A DNA stretch of 64,000 nt, from positions 14,260,001 to 14,324,000 of the forward strand of contig CM074513.1 in NCBI GenBank assembly GCA_037379345.1. Direction: 5' to 3'. Of this stretch, positions 40,527-48,736 are shown piece by piece. The position numbers were made by a program, and so were the translations under genes. This stretch comes from Perna viridis (lineage: Eukaryota). A model generated the notes under the pieces. The model was not told the origin of the DNA, did no database searches, and saw only the letters and a program-made list of their open reading frames with translations. Positions within the stretch are counted from its first letter, which is position 1, and each line of letters opens with the position of its first letter.

Positions 40527-41288
40527 TTAGACTCGATAGAAATCGTCTAGATTGCATCGATATTTCCCATTCGTCTTGGGGCTCGTGAGATCGATGGTCA
40601 TGAATCTGTAAGGCTTGGATCAGCAGTGGTCGCATAAGGCATCGAATTGGGCTGGGGTGAGATCGCCGCAATGATCTCGGCGGATATGGTCGCGATTCTT
40701 GGCATGCTGCTCGAAGAGGCATATGAAGTTGGCATTCTCCCGGATCGATTGCCGCGGGAGCTTGAAGTAATTTTGGCAGAGGTAGAAGCAGTCGACGTTA
40801 TTATGCCGACCGCGCACGTAGTAATCCTCGCACTTGCTCTGCTTGCTCAGCATCAAGTCGTCGAAGACCATGAGATTTTTTGCGGGCGGTATCGAGCTAT
40901 CGGGGATCGGGCACGTCGCTCGCCTCCTCGAAGAAGCTTCGATGCCGCTAGACTTGGACGGCGGCTTCATCATTTGCACCACGTCGACCAGAGAGTTGGG
41001 ATAGCTATCCTTGATGGAGAGAAGGTCGCGGATATCGTCTTTCGAAAATCCTTTCCCCAGCGCCTACCGCAGCAGCTGATAGATGGGCTGGTGGAGTGAT
41101 TTTCCGAAGACGTAGAGTCGATCGTAGTCGAGCCATCCATCGCGCAGGAGGAGATTATTCAGCAGAGTCGTCTTGCCGCAGTCTGATTTCCCGATGATCA
41201 GACCTCGGATGGATCGCTGCGGGAGGAGAAAGTGGTTATGCCGACGACTCGCGGCGGGCTCATCGTAGGTAAGGTCTTCAACGTCCAT
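40527..41288 (-). pseudogene. A32/FtsK-like packaging ATPase, copy 1
   Basis: Walker A GKSDCGKT, Walker B LMVFDD, RGRHNN motif. In-frame TAG (41064), TGA (40620) and frameshifts. Confidence 0.9.
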
Positions 41289-41307
41289 TTATCTATATAA
41301 AATTGGA

Positions 41308-41595
41308 ATGTATTGCTTGAAGTGCCAGAAGAAGACGGAGACGAATAATCGCGCCGTGATCACGAGTGATGACGGACGGCGGCGGCGGAAGGTGGGGACC
41401 TGCGCCGAGTGCGGTGCGCGAAAGTCGGAATTCATCAAGACGGAGAGGGGCGCCGGACTCATGAATAAAATGATCAATCGGATGCCCGTCGAGATGCATC
41501 TGCCGGGGCATAATTTCACCGGTCCGGGAACCAGACTCAGCCAGCAACTCAATGCCGACGACATACTTCCGACGATATCCGTGATTCACTACTAA
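41308..41595 (+). pseudogene. Truncated zinc-ribbon/PLA2 gene copy ending at the duplication junction
   Basis: Identical to the 44084 gene up to QQLNADD, then reads into the core-protein gene antisense. Lacks the catalytic HD. Confidence 0.85.
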
Positions 41596-41612
41596 AGGCA
41601 TCGTAAATATAT

Positions 41613-42458
41613 TTAGAGGAGCTTCCGATGCAGCTTCTCGTACTCACCCCTGCTGATATGACCGGACTTCCTCATGGCGTCGAGGATGGCCACGATTTCG
41701 TTGCGCACCCCATTATTTCCGGCCTGGTAGGTGGCGGCGCAAAGATCGAGACGATCCAGCAATTGGTCGAAGCACGTGGGGAGGAAGACGGTCGATACCC
41801 CGCTCCCATACTTATCTTGCTTATAGATGTACGAGACGATCTCCTTCCTTGCCTTGGGGGTCTGCGAGAGCGCAGAGTTGCCTTGATACATGGCATTGGA
41901 TGCTCGTAGGATATCACCATAGGTATGCAGGTCATCCACCTCGAAATCGTTGGGATGCTTCATGACCATAAGTTCCCATAGGCCGGGGGTACCCTTATAG
42001 CGCTCGTCATCGACGAGGATATCGTCTCCATCGAAGGTGACAGGCAGACTCCCGATCATGATGGCGCCGTCTTCCACTCGCAATCCAAAGGTATGGTCGG
42101 CCTTGGGAGTCATACTGAGCTGAAGATAATGGGTGGCTCGCGGACCGAGGTTGGTTCTCAATGCTTGCTCGATGGCAAGCGGATCGTCGTCGCCCTCGGC
42201 GGCAGGGAGAGGAGGGGGAAGGGCAGGCACCGGGGCGGGCAGAGCGAGTGGGATATCTTCGATCTTTTTGGTGATCTGGGAGGCGGTCTCCTTTTGCGTC
42301 TCGACCACCGGCTTGAATATCTTGGAGAGATCGCGGCTGAGTCCGATCTTATCTAGGCGACGCTGCATATCGCTGGCCTGGATGCTACGCTTGGTCTCCT
42401 GCAAGTCCCTGGCAAGCGCCTCACGCTGCTTGGGGTCGGTGATCTTGATGAACGTCAT
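41613..42458 (-). CDS. Conserved Polinton protein of unknown function, copy 2
   Basis: Identical to 38836-39681 except one N/D change. Confidence 0.75.
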   Translation of the reverse strand: MTFIKITDPKQREALARDLQETKRSIQASDMQRRLDKIGLSRDLSKIFKPVVETQKETASQITKKIEDIPLALPAPVPALPPPLPAAEGDDDPLAIEQALRTNLGPRATHYLQLSMTPKADHTFGLRVEDGAIMIGSLPVTFDGDDILVDDERYKGTPGLWELMVMKHPNDFEVDDLHTYGDILRASNAMYQGNSALSQTPKARKEIVSYIYKQDKYGSGVSTVFLPTCFDQLLDRLDLCAATYQAGNNGVRNEIVAILDAMRKSGHISRGEYEKLHRKLL

Positions 42459-42626
42459 TTTATTTATAGCATCGCCAACGCCCCTTAGCGATGAATCGAA
42501 CGCTCCAAGGCGATGGATCGAACGCCCCTAAGCGATGGATCGATCGCCCCATAACGTTCAAGCCATCTCCCATGCTTTTTGCCTCCTGCCTCAGCGGGAT
42601 GCAAAAACAATAGATTCCCGAAGATC

Positions 42627-43295
42627 CTACGCACTCTCCATGCATTTGGAGGAGCAGAAAGGCTTCACGCCTTTGAGGAGATCGTACTCCCCCACCATCC
42701 TCACTTTTACGCCCGACCAGAGGGTGGCAAATTTGGGTACGTATATAGTCTCCTCGTGATGCAAAGCCTTACCGCGGGCGATCGAGACTCCGCACCGGCA
42801 GCATGCCTCGGGGAAAAGCTTCGAATGCCTCTTGCACTTATCACTGTCCGATATGGAGGGATACGTGCACTGATGGCCGCGGATGGTCTTGATGCAGCAC
42901 TGGGGTCCGGGCGGCGGCTTAGATTTGCGGTTGGAGTGGGAATTATAGGTCCTTCCTTCGAAATCCTGATGATCGATGCGGCGAATGAGCGTGAGTCCGC
43001 ACTTATTGCAGAAGCCATCCTCAAGGCTATGGCGGCAGCGGCACTCGCACTTTCCAAATTCGCCCAGATACTGGCGGATGCAGGGGTGGCAAATATTGCC
43101 GAGAAGTTTGCACTCACACTCTTCCCCGTATCGGCCAAAATAGTGATCCGCAGAGCACCTCTCGCACCTATCCAGCCATCGGGGAGGCTTGGAGAGTATA
43201 TCCAAGAGGTATCCCCTTAACTCAGCGATCGATGGAGATCGACCTTTCTCTAGCTCGAACTGATTCTCCAGGAAAAATTCCTTCAAGTGATCCAT
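42627..43295 (-). CDS. Cys-rich multi-zinc-finger protein, copy 2
   Basis: Same protein as 39850-40518. Confidence 0.7.
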   Translation of the reverse strand: MDHLKEFFLENQFELEKGRSPSIAELRGYLLDILSKPPRWLDRCERCSADHYFGRYGEECECKLLGNICHPCIRQYLGEFGKCECRCRHSLEDGFCNKCGLTLIRRIDHQDFEGRTYNSHSNRKSKPPPGPQCCIKTIRGHQCTYPSISDSDKCKRHSKLFPEACCRCGVSIARGKALHHEETIYVPKFATLWSGVKVRMVGEYDLLKGVKPFCSSKCMESA

Positions 43296-43303
43296 TCTTT
43301 ATC

Positions 43304-44064
43304 TTAGACTCGATAGAAATCGTCTAGATTGCATCGATATTTCCCATTCGTCTTGGGGCTCGTGAGATCGATGGTCATGAATCTGTAAGGCTTGGATCAG
43401 CAGTGGTCGCATAAGGCATCGAATTGGGCTGGGGTGAGATCGCCGCAATGATCTCGGCGGATATGGTCGCGATTCTTGGCATGCTGCTCGAAGAGGCATA
43501 TGAAGTTGGCATTCTCCCGGATCGATTGCCGCGGGAGCTTGAAGTAATTTTGGCAGAGGTAGAAGCAGTCGACGTTATTATGCCGACCGCGCACGTAGTA
43601 ATCCTCGCACTTGCTCTGCTTGCTCAGCATCAAGTCGTCGAAGACCATGAGATTTTTGCGGGCGGTATCGAGCTCTCGGGGATCGGGCACGTCGCTCGCC
43701 TCCTCGAAGAAGCTTCGATGCCGCTAGACTTGGACGGCGGCTTCATCATTTGCACCACGTCGACCAGAGATTGGGGATAGCTATCCTTGATGGAGAGAAG
43801 GTCGCGGATATCGTCTTTCGAAAATCCTTTCCCCAGCGCCTACCGCAGCAGCTGATAGATGGGCTGGTGGAGTGATTTTCCGAAGACGTAGAGTCGATCG
43901 TAGTCGAGCCATCCATCGCGCAGGAGGAGATTATTCAGCAGAGTCGTCTTGCCGCAGTCTGATTTCCCGATGATCAGACCTCGGATGGATCGCTGCGGGA
44001 GGAGAAAGTGGTTATGCCGACGACTCGCGGCGGGCTCATCGTAGGTAAGGTCTTCAACGTCCAT
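43304..44064 (-). pseudogene. A32/FtsK-like packaging ATPase, copy 2
   Basis: Same motifs and the same TAG (43840) and TGA (43397) as copy 1. Frameshift before FFEEASDVPDP. Confidence 0.9.
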
Positions 44065-44083
44065 TTATCTATATAAAATTGGA

Positions 44084-44572
44084 ATGTATTGCTTGAAGTG
44101 CCAGAAGAAGACGGAGACGAATAATCGCGCCGTGATCACGAGTGATGACGGACGGCGGCGGCGGAAGGTGGGGACCTGCGCCGAGTGCGGTGCGCGAAAG
44201 TCGGAATTCATCAAGACGGAGAGGGGCGCCGGACTCATGAATAAAATGATCAATCGGATGCCCGTCGAGATGCATCTGCCGGGGCATAATTTCACCGGTC
44301 CGGGAACCAGACTCAGCCAGCAACTCAATGCCGACGACACCCCCAAACCTTGGTCCAGACCCATCAATCGAGTCGATGAGGCCGCCTATCGCCACGATCT
44401 TTGCTACGCCAATCACAAAGATACGGCCGCACGCAATTCGATCTGCGATAAGACGATTCTAGCCTCCCTCGATGCCATCCCCAATCCCACTGCACGCGAG
44501 CGTCTCGAGCGTGGTATCGTCAGGACCCATCATCGGCACCAAAGCACGATTTGGGCTGGGTGTGGGTGGTAA
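44084..44572 (+). CDS. Zinc ribbon plus parvovirus VP1-like phospholipase A2 domain protein
   Basis: MYCLKC..GTCAECG ribbon. HLPGHNFTGPG Ca-binding loop. DEAAYRHDLCY and later CD catalytic motifs. Probable +1 indel near 44525. Confidence 0.88.
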   Translation: MYCLKCQKKTETNNRAVITSDDGRRRRKVGTCAECGARKSEFIKTERGAGLMNKMINRMPVEMHLPGHNFTGPGTRLSQQLNADDTPKPWSRPINRVDEAAYRHDLCYANHKDTAARNSICDKTILASLDAIPNPTARERLERGIVRTHHRHQSTIWAGCGW

Positions 44573-45504
44573 AAAAAGTCCGATGGACGGATAAGCTAGC
44601 CGAAGAGCTGCACAAGCCAGTCCGGCGCAAATTTCATAAGCGTCGCGTGATGGTAGGTGGGGTGGATGAGATCTGGGCTGCCGATCTCGTAGATATGAGC
44701 GCCTTCTCCCGCGATAACCGAGGCTTCAAATACCTTCTGAGCATCATCGACGTCTTCTCCAAGTACGGCTGGTTGGTGCCGTTCAAGGATAAGAAAGACG
44801 CCACGGTGCGAGATGCCTTCCGGACCGTCTTCAAGGATCGCACGCCCGAGAAGCTATGGACCGATAAGGGCACGGAATTTTATAATCGCGAGGTGAAGGA
44901 TCTGCTCCGAAAGCACGACGTCGATCTCTACTCCACCGAGAACGAAGAGAAATCGAGCGTGGTGGAGCGCTGGAATCGTACCATGAAGGAGAAGATGTTC
45001 AAATACTTTTCGGCCAATTCCACGCGCTCCTATCTCCCCGTCCTGGACGATCTCGTCCGCCAGTATAATACCACCAAGCATCGATCCATCAAGATGACCC
45101 CCATCGCCGCCAGCCAGAAAGAGCACGAGTCTAAGGTCTTCTGGAATCTCTACGGAGACCTTCCACCCATGCAGCCTCAGCGATTCGACGTCGGCGATCA
45201 GGTCTGGATCACCAAGAAGAAGGGCATCTTCGAGAAGAGATATACTCCGCGATGGACGGAGATCTTTACCATCGCCCAGGCCCTAGCGACGCAGCCGCCC
45301 ACCTATCGCCTCAAAGACTATAAGGGTGAGGAAATCGAGGGATCCTTTTACGAGCCTGAGCTCCAGCGCACCGACCAGGATATCTTCCGCATCGAGAAAA
45401 TCCTGAGCCGACGCATCCGGAATGGGAAGAAAGAAATCCGCGTCAAGTGGAGAGGATATCCCAAAACCTTCAATTCCTGGGTCAAGGAGTCCGACTGGCA
45501 ATGA
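44551..45504 (+). CDS. Retroviral-like (rve) DDE integrase with C-terminal chromodomain
   Basis: WAADLVDM, IIDVFSK, WTDKGTEF and SVVERWNRT motifs. IEKILSRR..VKWRGYPKTFNSWV chromodomain. No ATG at the 5' end of the conserved region. Confidence 0.95.
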   Translation: MGWVWVVKKVRWTDKLAEELHKPVRRKFHKRRVMVGGVDEIWAADLVDMSAFSRDNRGFKYLLSIIDVFSKYGWLVPFKDKKDATVRDAFRTVFKDRTPEKLWTDKGTEFYNREVKDLLRKHDVDLYSTENEEKSSVVERWNRTMKEKMFKYFSANSTRSYLPVLDDLVRQYNTTKHRSIKMTPIAASQKEHESKVFWNLYGDLPPMQPQRFDVGDQVWITKKKGIFEKRYTPRWTEIFTIAQALATQPPTYRLKDYKGEEIEGSFYEPELQRTDQDIFRIEKILSRRIRNGKKEIRVKWRGYPKTFNSWVKESDWQ

Positions 45505-45552
45505 TCCCCCAGGCTTTCTGGTCTCGATCAAGGGAGACCAGAAAGTCTTGAT

Positions 45553-46029
45553 TTATGCATGCTTCAGCTCGACGAAGACCCTTAATGCGTCTAGATCCTC
45601 CTGCAGGCGATCGTAAAGGGCTTTGGTGATGGGCTCATTATAGGTCTTGGGGAGAGGGAGATTTAGCAGGTGATATTTTTGCATATCTAGGTCCTTAGTC
45701 ATCAAGCCGCCATTGGTCGAGACGCACTCTGACTTATCGACTTTGCCATCTTCCACGGTCATTAGCTTTTTGGTAAGGTCTTTGATGGATGCGTCATACT
45801 CCCTTTGCATCCGCTTGATGATCATCTGCATCTGCTTCATTTCCGAATCTAGCTCTTCGAGGTCTTTCATACCGTCTTTCATCTGCTGATTGACCCATCG
45901 CTTCGTCACAGCGTCCGAGCTGCCCTGGGGCAATCCCAAGCTGGTGATGCGATGCTCATTCATATCGAGATCCTGGTGCATCCGCCAGACGGGCATGCGC
46001 TTTCTCGAGTGAGATCCAAACTTATCAAT
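45553..46029 (-). CDS. Fibre-like trimeric coiled-coil protein
   Basis: Two LDMxxHRITxLxxPxxxxDAVTKxWV-type neck motifs separated by a coiled coil. Track ORF starts at 45996; the likely original start at 46029 is now ATT. Confidence 0.6.
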   Translation of the reverse strand: MDKFGSHSRKRMPVWRMHQDLDMNEHRITSLGLPQGSSDAVTKRWVNQQMKDGMKDLEELDSEMKQMQMIIKRMQREYDASIKDLTKKLMTVEDGKVDKSECVSTNGGLMTKDLDMQKYHLLNLPLPKTYNEPITKALYDRLQEDLDALRVFVELKHA

Positions 46030-46033
46030 TTAT

Positions 46034-46447
46034 CTATAGTCCGAAGATCATCTCCTTGAGCGTCCGACCTTCCAATAGGAGCTTCAGGACGTGCAGGCAA
46101 AAGTGCCCGCATACCACGTCGTCGCGCCGCTGGAGCTCATCGGTATTATATCGAATTTCCGGCCGCAGATAGTTGACCATCTCGTGGGGTGGGGGCAGGC
46201 CGTAGGGGTCGAAGTAGACTTTGAATCCTCCACGATTATGCCAGCACGTCCAATGCGTGCCAGGGCCATTGCGATCGTCGTGATTCAGGATGCCGCATTC
46301 GGCGGGATGGGGGTTGGATGGTAGGGCATCGCGCATGAATACTCCTCTGAATCGATGGATGCCTAGGGCTTTGGTGGCTTCCTCGAGCTCTACGTTGGAG
46401 AGGGGCTTATGGGGGAGGAGGAGGCCGTGCACGCGTATGCTGCTCAT
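46034..46447 (-). CDS. Adenain-like (clan CE) cysteine maturation protease
   Basis: GTHWTCW (His), YFDPYG (Asp) and LQ..DVVCGHFC (Gln/Cys) catalytic motifs. Confidence 0.93.
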   Translation of the reverse strand: MSSIRVHGLLLPHKPLSNVELEEATKALGIHRFRGVFMRDALPSNPHPAECGILNHDDRNGPGTHWTCWHNRGGFKVYFDPYGLPPPHEMVNYLRPEIRYNTDELQRRDDVVCGHFCLHVLKLLLEGRTLKEMIFGL

Positions 46448-46462
46448 TTATCTAGGTACGGG

Positions 46463-48665
46463 CTAAGGAAGCTGAAAATCTAGATTGCACTGGTTGAGTG
46501 CCGCGCCCCGATACACTTCCCGGTGAGATGGTCGTGGTCCCGCACCTTATCCCCTTCCAATTCACCCCCGCAAATGTGGCAGTGCGTGCTTGATTCGAAG
46601 CCCTCCTTATCCTCGTCGCTCATCACCATCGACTTCTCCTTGCATATCTTGCTGATCGTCTGAACTTCCTCTTCGATGCACTGCACGAATTTCTTAGCCG
46701 CATCTTCCCCGCAGTAGACGACCGATTCCTTGTAGTCGCCGTGGGCATACTTCACGCGATAGCAGAAACCTGATGGTCGGTGCTGCTGATACTGCTTCGT
46801 GTAGGACTTGGTCGGATCGGGCTGGCAGGTATCGATCTTCTCCGTGAAGCATTCAAAGTCCGCATAGATCGCGAATGGGACTCTCATCTGCTTCTTGTGG
46901 TTGTGAAAGGCTATGGCGGATCCTTCCTCCGGCATCTCGATACTGATTGCATCCTTCGGGCTGCAATATTCCATATGATCGTCCAAGAGATCCTGCCTGG
47001 TGAAGTGGGAGAGGCATCTTCGGCAAAAGTACGCTTGTCCATCGTGGTTCGTGACCTGCGCTGTCAGAAGGCGTGATAGGCTCTTGATCCAGCAATAATG
47101 CTGCTTGCCTTCACGGGTCAGGAAGAGGAGATCTACGTGGGTGGGGCCTGTATTTTTCGATATCTTGAGGGGGTAAACCTGGAGATCCTGTTCTTCATCT
47201 TCACCCTTCTTTACGCCATTGAAGCCAAAGACGTTGACGTTGATGGTAGGATTCTGCCTTTCAAATTTATCGATTGCCTTGAGCGAAACCGGGAAGTCGA
47301 TGCCTTCAAATTTTAGCTCATCCCCCCACTTCACGTACTGACTGGGGCGATTGGCATGTTTCTGATCCACGTCCTCATGGTGAAGCGCGGAGAGGATAGC
47401 CCACTTGAAGCACTCCTGATCCTCGTTCTGCACGCCTTCTTTTTCGCGAGTGCTGATGGGGTCGGTATGAAGGAAGCCCCCTTGAGAGGCTTGAATTGGT
47501 TGAGGTGGATCTCAAGCTTCTCAACGTGTCCGAAAGTCCATCCGCTCCCTTCCCGCATGTATTTACCCATATTTTCCTTGATCTTCTCCATCATGAACGC
47601 AATCTCCAGATCGAGGTCTGCGGATTCGAAGAGGGTAGTAAGGCCCGATCTGAAGTAGGGGGTGATGTAGGTATTTTCTCCGGTCGCGGGGTTGGTCTTT
47701 ACCAGCTCTGCTAGAAGCACTAAGTGGACCTTCAATCCTTTCTTTTCGGTGAGAGCATCAGAGATGGTGGTGGAGATTGTGCTTCGACTTACCTTGAGAA
47801 ACGTAGCTACGTCATGTGATTTCAAGGGTTCGATGACGACTGTGCCAAATACACCATTCAGTGCCTGACGCCTATCGGTGATCTTGATCTCCTCTTCGAC
47901 TGGGGCGCTTCTGATGCTCTCTTCCACCTGCTGGAGTAGATCCTCTCTCTTGAGCCGGGAGTACCTGGTGAGCCCGCGATTCTTGGCGAGTGCTTTCAGC
48001 TGCTCCTTACTGAGGACTTCCCTACGGGTAAATTTACGGGCGGTTTTCTCCTCGATGAGCTTCACCAAGGCCTCCTTGTTCTTCCTACTGAATCCCCTTA
48101 GACCCTCATCCTTAGCTATTTGACGGAGGGTCTTCATGGTCTCTTTGACCACCATCTTCCCCTCGACTGGGATGACCTCTTCCTCCTGCTGGCGTGGTTG
48201 CTTGCTATGCATCCAGCAGCGACCACCCATCCCGGGCTTGCTCTTGCAGAACTGCCCCTTCTTCCTTTTCAGTGGATAATCGCAGGTGGTCTTCTGCTCC
48301 CCATCTGGTTGATGCTCAAATCGCGGCTTGGCGGACTGCGCACCACAATTTTGACACATATGGGTATGCTCATCCATCTGCGCCATGCTAGGGTTATCGC
48401 AGCACTGCTGCTGCTTTTGGGGGATTGGGGTTGGAATGGTATCCTCCAAATCTTCTTGATTCTTCAGAAATAAATCCTGTAAGCGATCCATATTTTCACT
48501 ATTGGATGCCATCCCTTTATTTATTTCAATCTGTGACACACTTCTCTTTAAGGTGTCCTTATCCACATCCCCACTATCCTCTGGGGCGACCTGACTTATG
48601 CTCTGTGCGAAAGACATAATTCTTGTATTTACCCTATGCTCAATAGGGATGCCATCCGTTTGCAT
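46463..48665 (-). pseudogene. Protein-primed family B DNA polymerase (pPolB), N-terminal half only
   Basis: Two Rho_N/SAP-like repeats; REGSGW..FKPLKGASFIPTP; vOTU-like NEDQECFKWAIL..HYCWIK; C2H2 finger; ExoI IYADFE; EndoVII-like CHIC..VRDHDHLTG. Frameshifts near 47433 and 46515. Polymerase core absent. Confidence 0.92.
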
Positions 48666-48736
48666 TTGACCGTCGGGGTTGGGGATTTTATGCAGGATTT
48701 CTGCATGTGGGGCAGAATTGTCATTTTCACACTACT
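48604..48736 (-). repeat. Polinton right terminal inverted repeat
   Basis: - strand reads AGTAGTGTGAAAATGACAATTCTGCCCC..., the canonical Polinton terminus. Confidence 0.95.

Larger units (their letters stand above)
38785..44337. repeat. Internal tandem duplication (2777 bp + 2776 bp)
   Basis: 38785-41561 and 41562-44337 are identical except for a few differences. GCCGACG(G/A)CA microhomology at the ends and junction. Confidence 0.97.
35052..48736. mobile_element. Endogenous Polinton/Maverick virus (adintovirus-type), defective
   Basis: Abrupt GC-rich, intronless, gene-dense island. TIRs of ~133 bp; right end ...ACTACT (AGTAGT on the - strand); AAAACA on both flanks. Hallmark genes: pPolB, adenain, rve integrase, A32-like ATPase, MCP, penton. 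Confidence 0.97.

Noticed and set aside
41293-41601. 102-aa - strand ORF as a genuine viral gene
   Set aside because: Chimera created by the duplication junction: core-protein N-terminus plus antisense PLA2 sequence.
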